Positions 21,206 through 34,900 of a stretch of DNA of 64,000 bases are shown in pieces. The position numbers and the translations under genes are program-made. Numbering within the stretch: position 1 is the first letter of the stretch; each line of letters starts with the position of its first letter. The notes below the pieces were generated by a model, which saw only the letters and a list, made by a program, of their open reading frames with translations, had not been told where the DNA came from and searched no databases. The DNA comes from Eledone cirrhosa (taxonomy: Eukaryota): NCBI GenBank assembly GCA_964016885.1, contig OZ024742.1:18290001-18354000 (forward strand), in the 5' to 3' direction.

Positions 21206-21234
21206 TCTCACATTTCTTACATTTCTCTATAGAG

Positions 21235-21540
21235 TGTGTAGCTCGGAGATCAGAGAGTCACGCCAGGTAGAACCGTTACTTCTCCGAATTGAGAGATCTC
21301 AGCTCCGATGTTATGGCTATGGAGTTAGAATGTCTCAGGAAACATTCGCTGGACAGATTTTACGGGCAAAACCAATCGACGGGAGACCCAGGGGTAGATC
21401 CCGAGCAAGATGGTTGGATAACATAAATGAGTTCGGCTGTTGTCGCTTGTGAATCCATTAGGATCAATTGGAGACAGTTGCTTCTGACAGGACTCTCTAG
21501 AGGGAGTGTTTGGAGTTCTGCCCCGACGACGCTTTCACAA
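21235..21540 (+). mobile_element. RTE-type LINE 3' fragment
   Basis: IRESRQVEPLLLRIERSQLRCYG..RM..GRPRGRSRARWLD. Confidence 0.8.
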
Positions 21541-21776
21541 TAATAATAATAATAATTGTTTATACTTTAGGCACAAGGCCAGCAACATACCCAGTGCATT
21601 ACTGGTACTTTATTTTATCGACCCCGTAAGGATGAAAGGCAAAGTTAACCTCGGCCGGATTTGAACTTAGATCGTAAAGGGACGTAACTATAATAATAAT
21701 TGTTTCTACTTTAGGCACAAGGCCAGCAATTACCCAGTGCATTACTGGTACTTTATTTTATCGACCCCGTAAGGAT
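21541..21776 (-). mobile_element. Two partial family A SINEs
   Basis: Duplicated (TAA)n TTGTTT.TACTTTAGGCACAAGGCCAGCAA..CCCCGTAAGGAT. Confidence 0.8.
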
Positions 21777-21880
21777 AAGAAGAAAATAGCAAAACTATTG
21801 CTTCCATATTATCAACATCTAGGGGAAGTAACTTTTACTGCTGTATTAAAAGTATTCTCCCATAGAATGAAGAGACTATA

Positions 21881-22380
21881 ATGCATGGCTTGGATGCTGC
21901 AGGCTCCCTTCCCCTTCCAGTTCGAGCCGGTGAGGCTGGACCTAGGGGACGGCAAACGATCAGACGGCATGACCACCTTCCCGTTCCGTGGTGGTATACC
22001 CCTCATTTGGGATGCCACATGCTGCGACACATTCTCCAGCGGCAACCTGGTGCAGTCTGCGACTAATCCAGGCTCTGCTGCACTTCAGGCCGAGGAGGGT
22101 AAACTCTCCATGTATCGGTCGCTCTCCGACAGGTTTGCAGTCGAGCTCATAGCAGTGGAGACTTCTTGTGTCCTTGGCCCTAGGACCACCTTCCTACTCA
22201 CCGACATCGGCACAAAGATGGCTACCCGGGGAAACGCCTTCTTTATTCTGTCTGTCGGGCCGCGGGGTGGCCAGCACGTGGGCCCCCATTTGTTCACAAT
22301 AGAGAGAGATAGGGAGAGCGGGATGGACAGGGGAAGTGACAGTGGGAGTTTGGTTCCATTGTGTTAGGACCTTGTGTGTA
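21881..22380 (+). mobile_element. 5'-truncated CRE-like non-LTR retrotransposon (restriction-like endonuclease domain)
   Basis: EP..L..GDGKRSDGMT.FP..G.PLIWDATCCDT..AA..AE..K..Y..AVET..LG is the PD-(D/E)xK-type RLE signature. Ends at a (TG)(TA) microsatellite. Confidence 0.82.
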
Positions 22381-22576
22381 TATATATATTTATTTGCCGC
22401 ACCACATTAACTGTATGCTTATACTCATTGGACTGTATAAGTGGGTGAGTATGTGTGTGAGACGTTCGAACGAGTACCTCCACATCCAACTATGTTACTC
22501 TCCACCCTCTCTGGGTTTGTAAAGGGTTTGATTAGTGGGGAAATATTTGAAAAATGTAGAAACAAACGTCTCGCGA

Positions 22577-22604
22577 GTGTGTGTGTGGGAGTGTGTATGT
22601 CGGA

Positions 22605-22641
<37 letters not shown>

Positions 22642-22807
22642 AGTGTGTGCGTGTGCGTGTCAGACTATGTGTGTGTGTGTATGTGTGTGTATCATACTAT
22701 GTATGTGTGCGTGTGCGTGTGTGTGTGTGTGTCATACTATGTATGTGTGCGTGTGCGTGTGTGTGTGTGTGTTGTGTGTGTTTGTGTGTGTGTGTGTATG
22801 TGTGTGT
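22577..22807. repeat. (TG)n compound microsatellite upstream of the satellite
   Basis: TG runs punctuated by CRKACTATG motifs. Confidence 0.95.
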
Positions 22808-22946
22808 CGGACTATGACGAACTCGTGCTATTTGATTCCAAGCAAATATGTGCAGCTTTTCAGCGGGACTTTGCTCATTTGTTGGAGACGGGTGACAGGC
22901 TGAGTTCTAGGATAGGTTATAGGTTGCAGTACCTACCTCGACCACC

Positions 22947-25900
22947 TACTACGTCTCTTGACAATAGAGACGAACGGTTGCGACTTACTACGTCTCTTGA
23001 CAATAGAGACGAACGGTTGCGACTTACTACGTCTCTTGACAATAGAGACGAACGGTTGCGACTTACTACGTCTCTTGACAATAGAGACGAACGGTTGCGA
23101 CTTACTACGTCTCTTGACAATAGAGACGAACGGTTGCGACTTACTACGTCTCTTGACAATAGAGACGAACGGTTGCGACTTACTACGTCTCTTGACAATA
23201 GAGACGAAGGGTTGCGACTTACTACGTCTCTTGACAATAGAGACGAACGGTTGCGACTTACTACGTCTCTTGACAATAGAGACGAAGGGTTACGACTTAC
23301 TACGTCTCTTGACAGTAGAGACGAAGGGTTGCGACTTACTACGTCTCTTGACAATAGAGACGAAGGGTTACGACTTACTACGTCTCTTGACAGTAGAGAC
23401 GAAGGGTTGCGACTTACTACGTCTCTTGACAATAGATACGAAGGGTTGCGACTTACTACGTCTCTTGACAATCGAGACGAAGGGTTACGTCTTACTACGT
23501 CTCTTGACAGTAGAGACGAAGGGTTGCGACTTACTACGTCTCTTGACAATAGAGACGAAGGGTTACGACTTACTACGTCTCTTGACAGTAGAGACGAAGG
23601 GTTGCGACTTACTACGTCTCTTGACAATAGAGACGAAGGGTTGCGACTTACTACGTCTCTTGACAGTAGAGACGAAGGGTTACGACTTACTACGTCTCTT
23701 GACAGTAGAGACGAAGGGTTGCGACTTACTACGTCTCTTGACAATAGAGACGAAGGGTTGCGACTTACTACGTCTCTTGACAATAGAGACGAAGGGTTAC
23801 GACTTACTACGTCTCTTGACAGTAGAGACGAAGGGTTGCGACTTACTACGTCTCTTGACAATAGAGACGAAGGGTTGCGACTTACTACGTCTCTTGACAA
23901 TAGAGACGAAGGGTTACGACTTACTACGTCTCTTGACAGTAGAGACGAAGGGTTGCGACTTACTACGTCTCTTGACAATAGAGACGAAGGGTTACGACTT
24001 ACTACGTCTCTTGACAATAGAGACGAAGGGTTGCGACTTACTACGTCTCTTGACAGTAGAGACGAACGGTTGCGACTTACTAAGTCTCTTGACAATAGAG
24101 ACGAAGGGTTGCGACTTACTACGTCTCTTGACAGTAGAGACGAAGGGTTACGACTTACTACGTCTCTTGACAGTAGAGACGAAGGGTTGCGACTTACTAC
24201 GTCTCTTGACAATAGAGACGAAGGGTTGCGACTTACTACGTCTCTTGACAATAGAGACGAAGGGTTACGACTTACTACGTCTCTTGACAGTAGAGACGAA
24301 GGGTTGCGACTTACTACGTCTCTTGACAATAGAGACGAAGGGTTGCGACTTACTACGTCTCTTGACAATAGAGACGAAGGGTTACGACTTACTACGTCTC
24401 TTGACAGTAGAGACGAAGGGTTGCGACTTACTACGTCTCTTGACAGTAGAGACGAAGGGTTGTGACTTACTACGTCTCTTGACAGTAGAGACGAAGGGTT
24501 GCGACTTACTACATCTCTTGACAGTAGAGACGAAGTGTTGCGACTTACTACGTCTTTTGACAGTAGAGACGAAGTGTTGCGACTTACTACGTCTCTTGAC
24601 AGTAGAGACGAAGGGTTGCGACTTACTACGTCTCTTGACGGTAGAGACGAAGGGTTACGACTTACTACGTCTCTTGACAGTAGAGACGAAGGGTGGCAAC
24701 TTACTACGTCTCTTGTCAATGGAGACGAAGGGTTACGACTTACTACGTTTCTTGACAATAGAGACGAAGGGTTACGACTTACTACGTCTCTTGACAATAG
24801 AGACGAACGGTTGCGATTTACTACGTCTCTTGACAGTAGAGACGAAGGGTTGCGACTTACTACGTCTCTTGACAGTAGAGACGAAGGGTTACGACTTACT
24901 ACGTCTCTTGACAGTAGAGACGAAGGGTTACGACTTACTACGTCTCTTAACAGTAGAGACGAAGGGTTGTGACTTACTACGTCTCTTGACAGTAGAGACG
25001 AAGGGTTGCGACTTAGTACATCTCTTGACAGTAGAGACGAAGTGTTGCGACTTACTACGTCTTTTGACAGTAGAGACGAAGTGTTGCGACTTACTACATC
25101 TCTTGACAGTAGAGACGAAGTGTTGCGACTCACTACGTCTTTTGACAGTAGAGACGAAGGGTTGCGACTTACTACGTCTCTTGACAATAGATACGAAGGG
25201 TTGCGACTTACTACGTCTCTTGACAATAGAGACGAAGGGTTACGTCTTACTACGTCTCTTGACAGTAGAGACGAAGGGTTACGACTTACTACGTTTCTTG
25301 ACAATAGAGACGAAGGGTTACGACTTACTACGTCTCTTGACAATAGAGACGAACGGTTGCGATTTACTACGTCTCTTGACAGTAGAGACGAAGGGTTGCG
25401 ACTTACTACGTCTCTTGACAGTAGAGACGAAGGGTTACGACTTACTACGTCTCTTGACAGTAGAGACGAAGGGTTACGACTTACTACGTCTCTTAACAGT
25501 AGAGACGAAGGGTTGTGACTTACTACGTCTCTTGACAGTAGAGACGAAGGGTTGCGACTTAGTACATCTCTTGACAGTAGAGACGAAGTGTTGCGACTTA
25601 CTACGTCTTTTGACAGTAGAGACGAAGTGTTGCGACTTACTACATCTCTTGACAGTAGAGACGAAGTGTTGCGACTTACTACGTCTTTTGACAGTAGAGA
25701 CGAAGGGTTGCGACTTACTACGTCTCTTGACAATAGAGACGAAGGGTTACGACTTACTACGTCTCTTGACAGTAGAGACGAAGGGTTGCGACTTACTACA
25801 TCTCTTGACAGTAGAGACGAAGTGTTGCGACTTACTACGTCTTTTGACAGTAGAGACGAAGTGTTGCGACTTACTACATCTCTTGACAGTAGAGACGAAT

Positions 25901-28900
25901 GGTTGCGACTTACTACGTCTCTTGACAATAGAGACGAAGGGTTGCGACTTACTACGTCTCTTGACAATAGAGACGAAGGGTTACGACTTACTAGGTCTCT
26001 TGACAATAGAGACGAAGAGTTGCGACTTACTACGTCTCTTGACAGTAGAGACGAAGGGTTACGACTTACTACGTCTCTTGACAGTAGAGACGAAGGGTTG
26101 CGACTTACTACGTCTCTTGACAGTAGAGACGAAGGGTTGCGACTTACTACGTCTCTTGACAGAAGAGACGAAGGGTTGCGACTTACTACGTCTCTTGACA
26201 GTAGAGACGAAGGGTTGCGACTTACTACGTCTCTTGACAGTAGAGACGAAGGGTTGCGACTTACTACGTCTCTTGACAGTAGAGACGAAGGGTTGCGACT
26301 TACTACGTCTCTTGTCAATGGAGACGAAGGGTTACAACTTACTACGTTTCTTGACAATAGAGACGAAGGGTTACGACTTACTACGTCTCTTGACAATAGA
26401 GACGAAGGGTTGCGATTTACTACGTCTCTTGACAGTAGAGACGAAGGGTTGCGACTTACTACGTCTCTTGACAGTAGAGACGAAGGGTTACGACTTACTA
26501 CGTCTCTTGACAGTAGAGACGAAGGGTTACGACTTACTACGTCTCTTGACAGTAGAGACGAAGGGTTGTGACTTACTACGTCTCTTGACAGTAGAGACGA
26601 AGGGTTGCAACTTACTACATCTCTTGACAGTAGAGACGAAGTGTTGCGACTTACTACGTCTTTTGACAGTAGAGACGAAGTGTTGCGACTTACTACATCT
26701 CTTGACAGTAGAGACGAAGTGTTGCGACTTACTACGTCTTTTGACAGTAGAGACGAAGGGTTGCGACTTACTACGTCTCTTGACAATAGAGACGAAGGGT
26801 TGCGACTTACTAAGTCTTTTGACAGTAGAGACGAAGTGTTGCGACTTACTACATCTTTTGACAGTAGAGACGAAGTGTTGCGACTTACTACGTCTTTTGA
26901 CAGTAGAGACGAAGGGTTGCGACTTACTACGTCTTTTGACAGTAGAGACGAAGGGTTGCGACTTACTACGTCTCTTGACAATAGAGACGAAGGGTTGCGA
27001 CTTACTACGCCTCTTGACAGTAGAGACGAAGGGTTGCGACTTACTACGTCTTTTGACAATAGAGACGAAGGGTTGCGACTTACTACGTCTCTTGACAGTA
27101 GAGACGAAGGGTTGCGACTTACTACGTCTCTTGACAATAGAGACGAACGGTTGCGACTTACTACGTCTCTTGACAATAGAGACGAAGGGTTACGACTTAC
27201 TACGTCTCTTGACAGTAGAGACGAAGGGTTGCGACTTACTACGTCTCTTGATAATAGAGACGAAGGGTTGCGACTTACTACGTCTCTTGACAGTAGAGAC
27301 GAAGGGTTGCGACTTACTACGTCTCTTGACAGTAGAGACGAACGGTTGCGACTTACTACGTCTCTTGACAATAGAGACGAAGGGTTGCGACTTACTACGT
27401 CTCTTGTAATGGAGACGAAGGGTTGCGACTTACTACGTCTCTTGACAATGGAGACGAAGGGTTACGACTTACTACGTCTCTTGACAATAGAGACGAAGGG
27501 TTGCGACTTACTACGTCTTTTGACAATAGAGACGAAGGGTTACGACTTACTACGTCTCTTGACAGTAGAGACGAAGGGTTGCGACTTACTACGTCTCTTG
27601 ACAGTAGGGACGAAGGGTTGCGACTTACTACGTCTCTTGACAATAGAGACGAACGGTTGCGACTTACTACGTCTCTTGACAATAGAGACGAAGTGTTACG
27701 ACTTACTACGTCTCTTGACAGTAGAGACGAAGGGTTGCGACTTACTACGTCTCTTGACAATAGAGACGAACGGTTGCGACTTACTACGTCTTTTGACAGT
27801 AGAGACGAAGGGTTGCGACTTACTACGTCTCTTGACAATGAAGACGAAGGGTTGCGACTTACTACGTCTCTTGACAATGGAGACGAAGGGTTGCGGCTTA
27901 CTACGTCTCTTGACAATAGAGACGAAGGGTTGCGACTTACTACGTCTCTTGACAATAGAGACGAAGGGTTGCGACCTACTACGTCTCTTGACAATAGAGA
28001 CGAAGGGTTGCGACTTACTACGTCTCTTGACAGTAGAGACGAAGGGTTGCGACTTACTACGTCTCTTGACAATAGAGACGAAGGGTTACGACTTACTACG
28101 TCTCTTGACAATAGAGACGAAGGGTTGCGACTTACTACGTCTTTTGACAGTAGAGACGAAGTGTTGCGACTTACTACATCTTTTGACAGTAGAGACGAAG
28201 TGTTGCGACTTACTACGTCTTTTGACAGTAGAGACGAAGGGTTGCGACTTACTACGTCTTTTGACAGTAGAGACGAAGGGTTGCGACTTACTACGTCTCT
28301 TGACAATAGAGACGAAGGGTTGCGACTTACTACGTCTCTTGACAGTAGAGACGAAGGGTTGCGACTTACTACGTCTTTTGACAATAGAGACGAAGGGTTG
28401 CGACTTACTACGTCTCTTGACAGTAGAGACGAAGGGTTGCGACTTACTACGTTTCTTGACAATAGAGACGAACGGTTGCGACTTACTACGTCTCTTGACA
28501 ATAGAGACGAAGGGTTACGACTTACTACGTCTCTTGACAGTAGAGACGAAGGGTTGCGACTTACTACGTCTCTTGATAATAGAGACGAAGGGTTGCGACT
28601 TACTACGTCTCTTGACAGTAGAGACGAAGGGTTGCGACTTACTACGTCTCTTGACAGTAGAGACGAACGGTTGCGACTTACTACGTCTCTTGACAATAGA
28701 GACGAAGGGTTGCGACTTACTACGTCTCTTGACAATGGAGACGAAGGGTTGCGACTTACTACGTCTCTTGTAATGGAGACGAAGGGTTGCGACTTACTAC
28801 GTCTCTTGACAATGGAGACGAAGGGTTACGACTTACTACGTCTCTTGACAATAGAGACGAAGGGTTGCGACTTACTACGTCTTTTGACAATAGAGACGAA

Positions 28901-31900
28901 GGGTTACGACTTACTACGTCTCTTGACAGTAGAGACGAAGGGTTGCGACTTACTACGTCTCTTGACAGTAGGGACGAAGAGTTGCGACTTACTACGTCTC
29001 TTGACAATAGAGATGAACGGTTGCGACTTACTACGTCTCTTGACAATAGAGACGAAGGGTTGCGACTTACTACGTCTCTTGACAGTAGAGACGAAGGGTT
29101 GCGACTTACTACGTCTCTTGACAGTAGAGACGAAGGGTTACGACTTACTACGTCTCTTGACAATAGAGACGAAGGGTTGTGACTTACTACGTCTCTTGAC
29201 AATAGAGACGAAGGGTTGCGACTTACTACGTCTCTTGACAATGAAGACGAAGGGTTGCGACTTACTACGTCTCTTGACAATGGAGACGAACGGTTGCGGC
29301 TTACTACGTCTCTTGACAATAGAGACGAAGGGTTGCGACTTACTACGTCTCTTGACAATAGAGACGAAGGGTTGCGACTTACTACGTCTCTTGACAATAG
29401 AGACGAAGGGTTACGACTTACTACGTCTCTTGACAGTAGAGACGAAGGGTTGCGACTTACTACGTCTCTTGACAATAGAGACGAAGGGTTACGACTTACT
29501 ACGTCTCTTGACAGTAGAGACGAAGGGTTGCGACTTACTACGTCTCTTGACAATGGAGACGAAGGGTTACGACTTACTACGTCTCTTGACAGTAGAGACG
29601 AAGGGTTGCGACTTACTATGTCTCTTGACAATAGAGACGAAGGGTTGCGACTTACTACGTCTCTTGAGAGTAGAGACGAAGGGTTACGACTTACTACGTC
29701 TCTTGACAATAGAGACGAAGGGTTACGACTTACTACGTCTCTTGACAGTAGTGACGAAGGGTTGCGACTTACTACGTCTCTTGACAATAGAGACGAAGGG
29801 TTGCGACTTACTACGTCTCTTGACAGTAGAGACGAAGGGTTGCGACTTACTACGTCTTTTGACAATAGAGACGAAGGGTTGCGACTTACTACGTCTCTTG
29901 ACAGTAGAGACGAAGGGTTGCGACTTACTACGTTTCTTGACAATAGAGACGAACGGTTGCGACTTACTACGTCTCTTGACAATAGAGACGAAGGGTTACG
30001 ACTTACTACGTCTCTTGACAGTAGAGACGAAGGGTTGCGACTTACTACGTCTCTTGATAATAGAGACGAAGGGTTGCGACTTACTACGTCTCTTGACAGT
30101 AGAGACGAAGGGTTGCGACTTACTACGTCTCTTGACAGTAGAGACGAACGGTTGCGACTTACTACGTCTCTTGACAATAGAGACGAAGGGTTGCGACTTA
30201 CTACGTCTCTTGACAATGGAGACGAAGGGTTGCGACTTACTACGTCTCTTGTAATGGAGACGAAGGGTTGCGACTTACTACGTCTCTTGACAATGGAGAC
30301 GAAGGGTTACGACTTACTACGTCTCTTGACAATAGAGACGAAGGGTTGCGACTTACTACGTCTTTTGACAATAGAGACGAAGGGTTACGACTTACTACGT
30401 CTCTTGACAGTAGAGACGAAGGGTTGCGACTTACTACGTCTCTTGACAGTAGGGACGAAGGGTTGCGACTTACTACGTCTCTTGACAATAGAGATGAACG
30501 GTTGCGACTTACTACGTCTCTTGACAATAGAGACGAAGGGTTGCGACTTACTACGTCTCTTGACAGTAGAGACGAAGGGTTGCGACTTACTACGTCTCTT
30601 GACAGTAGAGACGAAGGGTTACGACTTACTACGTCTCTTGACAATAGAGACGAAGGGTTGTGACTTACTACGTCTCTTGACAATAGAGACGAAGGGTTGC
30701 GACTTACTACGTCTCTTGACAATGAAGACGAAGGGTTGCGACTTACTACGTCTCTTGACAATGGAGACGAACGGTTGCGGCTTACTACGTCTCTTGACAA
30801 TAGAGACGAAGGGTTGCGACTTACTACGTCTCTTGACAATAGAGACGAAGGGTTGCGACTTACTACGTCTCTTGACAATAGAGACGAAGGGTTACGACTT
30901 ACTACGTCTCTTGACAGTAGAGACGAAGGGTTGCGACTTACTACGTCTCTTGACAATAGAGACGAAGGGTTACGACTTACTACGTCTCTTGACAGTAGAG
31001 ACGAAGGGTTGCGACTTACTACGTCTCTTGACAATAGAGACGAAGGGTTACGACTTACTACGTCTCTTGATAGTAGAGACGAAGGGTTGCGACTTACTAC
31101 GTCTCTTGACAATAGAGACGAAGGGTTGCGACTTACTACGTCTCTTGAGAGTAGAGACGAAGGGTTACGACTTACTACGTCTCTTGACAATAGAGACGAA
31201 GGGTTACGACTTACTACGTCTCTTGACAGTAGAGACGAAGGGTTGCGACTTACTGCGTCTCTTGACAATAGAGACGAAGGGTTGCGACTTACTACGTCTC
31301 TTGACAATAGAGACGAAGGGTTACGACTTACTACGTCTCTTGACAGTAGAGACGAAGGGTTGCGACTTACTACGTCTCTTGACAATAGAGACGAAGGGTT
31401 GCGACTTACTACGTCTCTTGACAATAGAGACGAAGGGTTACGACTTACTACGTCTCTTGACAGTAGAGACGAAGGGTTGCGACTTACTACGTCTCTTGAC
31501 AATTGATACGAAGGGTTGCGACTTACTACGTCTCTTGACAATAGAGACGAAGGGTTCCGACTTACTACGTCTCTTGACAGTAGAGACGAAGGGTTGCGAC
31601 TTACTACGTCTCTTGACAATAGAGACGAAGGGTTGCGACTTACTACGTCTCTTGACAGTAGAGACGAAGGGTTACGACTTACTACGTCTCTTGACAATAG
31701 AGACGAAGGGTTGCGACTTACTACGTCTCTTGACCGTAGAGACGAAGGGTTACGACTTACAACGTCTCTTGACAGTAGAGACGAAGGGTTACGACTTACT
31801 ACGTCTCTTGACAGTAGAGACGAAGGGTTGCGACTTACTACGTCTCTTGACAATAGAGACGAACGGTTGCGACTTACTACGGCTCTTGACAATAGAGACG

Positions 31901-34900
31901 AAGGGTTGCGACTTACTACGTCTCTTGACAGTAGAGACGAAGGGTTACGACTTACTACGTCTCTTGACAGTAGAGACGAAGGGTTACGACTTACTACGTC
32001 TCTTGACAGTAGAGACGAAGGGTTACGACTTACTACGTCTCTTGACAGTAGAGACGAAGGGTTACGACTTACTACGTCTCTTGACAGTAGAGACAAAGGG
32101 TTGTGACTTACTACGTCTCTTGACAGTAGGGACGAAGGGTTACGACTTACTACGTCTCTTGACAGTATAGACGAAGGATTGTGACTTACTACGTCTCTTG
32201 ACAGTAGAGACGAAGGGTTGCGACTTACTACATCTCTTGACAGTAGAGACGAAGTGTTGCGACTTACTACGTCTTTTGACAGTAGAGACGAAGTGTTGCG
32301 ACTTACTAAATCTCTTGACAGTAGAGACGAAGTGTTGCGACTTACTACGTCTTTTGACAGTAGAGACGAAGGGTTGCGACTTACTACGTCTCTTGACAAT
32401 AGAGACGAAGGGTTGCGACTTACTACGTCTCTTGACAGTAGAGACGAAGGGTTGCGACTTACTACGTCTTTTGACAATAGAGACGAAGGGTTGCGACTTA
32501 CTACGTCTCTTGACAGTAGAGACGAAGGGTTGCGACTTACTACGTCTCTTGACAATAGAGACGAACGGTTGCGACTTACTACGTCTCTTGACAATAGAGA
32601 CGAAGGGTTACGACTTACTACGTCTCTTGACAGTAGAGACGAAGTGTTGCGACTTACTACGTCTCTTGACAGTAGAGACGAACGGTTGCGACTTACTACG
32701 TCTCTTGACAATAGAGACGAAGGGTTGCGACTTACTACGTCTCTTGACAATGGAGACGAAGGGTTGCGACTTACTACGTCTCTTGTAATGGAGACGAAGG
32801 GTTGCGACTTACTACGTCTCTTGACAATGGAGACGAAGGGTTACGACTTACTACGTCTCTTGACAATAGAGACGAAGGGTTGCGACTTACTACGTCTTTT
32901 GACAATAGAGACGAAGGGTTACGACTTACTACGTCTCTTGACAGTAGAGACGAAGGGTTGCGACTTACAACGTCTCTTGACAGTAGGGACGAAGGGTTGC
33001 GACTTACTACGTCTCTTGACAATAGAGACGAACGGTTGCGACTTACTACGTCTCTTGACAGTAGAGACGAAGGGTTACGACTTACTACGTCTCTTGACAG
33101 TAGAGACGAAGGGTTGCGACTTACTACGTCTCTTGACAATAGAGACGAAGGGTTGCGACTTACTACGTCTTTTGACAATAGAGACGAAGGGTTACGACTT
33201 ACTACGTCTCTTGACAGTAGAGACGAAGGGTTGCGACTTACTACGTCTCTTGACAGTAGGGACGAAGGGTTGCGACTTACTACGTCTCTTGTCAATAGAG
33301 ATGAACGGTTGCGACTTACTACGTCTCTTGACAATAGAGACGAAGGGTTGCGACTTACTACGTCTCTTGACAGTAGAGACGAAGGGTTGCGACTTACTAC
33401 GTCTCTTGACAGTAGAGACGAAGGGTTACGACTTACTACGTCTCTTGACAATAGAGACGAAGGGTTGTGACTTACTACGTCTCTTGACAATAGAGACGAA
33501 GGGTTGCGACTTACTACGTCTCTTGACAATGAAGACGAAGGGTTGCGACTTACTACGTCTCTTGACAATGGAGATGAACGGTTGCGGCTTACTACGTCTC
33601 TTGACAATAGAGACGAAGGGTTGCGACTTACTACGTCTCTTGACAATAGAGACGAAGGGTTGCGACTTACTACGTCTCTTGACAATAGAGACGAAGGGTT
33701 ACGACTTACTACGTCTCTTGACAGTAGAGACGAAGGGTTGCGACTTACTACGTCTCTTGACAATAGAGACGAAGGGTTACGACTTACTACGTCTCTTGAC
33801 AGTAGAGACGAAGGGTTGCGACTTACTACGTCTCTTGACAATAGAGACGAAGGGTTACGACTTACTACGTCTCTTGACAGTAGAGACGAAGGGTTGCGAC
33901 TTACTACGTCTCTTGACAATAGAGACGAAGGGTTGCGACTTACTACGTCTCTTGAGAGTAGAGACGAAGGGTTACGACTCACTACGTCTCTTGACAATAG
34001 AGACGAAGGGTTACGACTTACTACGTCTCTTGACAGTAGAGACGAAGGGTTGCGACTTACTGCGTCTCTTGACAATAGAGACGAAGGGTTGCGACTTACT
34101 ACGTCTCTTGACAATAGAGACGAAGGGTTACGACTTACTACGTCTCTTGACAGTAGAGACGAAGGGTTGCGACTTACTACGTCTCTTGACAATAGAGACG
34201 AAGGGTTGCGACTTACTACGTCTCTTGACAATAGAGACGAAGGGTTACGACTTACTACGTCTCTTGACAGTAGAGACGAAGGGTTGCGACTTACTACGTC
34301 TCTTGACAATAGATACGAAGGGTTGCGACTTACTACGTCTCTTGACAATAGAGACGAAGGGTTCCGACTTACTACGTCTCTTGACAGTAGAGACGAAGGG
34401 TTGCGACTTACTACGTCTCTTGACAATAGAGACGAAGGGTTGCGACTTACTACGTCTCTTGACAGTAGAGACGAAGGGTTACGACTTACTACGTCTCTTG
34501 ACAATAGAGACGAAGGGTTGCGACTTACTACGTCTCTTGACCGTAGAGACGAAGGGTTACGACTTACTACGTCTCTTGACAGTAGAGACGAAGGGTTACG
34601 ACTTACTACGTCTCTTGACAGTAGAGACGAAGGGTTGCGACTTACTACGTCTCTTGACAATAGAGACGAACGGTTGCGACTTACTACGGCTCTTGACAAT
34701 AGAGACGAAGGGTTGCGACTTACTACGTCTCTTGACAGTAGAGACGAAGGGTTACGACTTACTACGTCTCTTGACAGTAGAGACGAAGGGTTACGACTTA
34801 CTACGTCTCTTGACAGTAGAGACGAAGGGTTACGACTTACTACGTCTCTTGACAGTAGAGACGAAGGGTTACGACTTACTACGTCTCTTGACAGTAGAGA

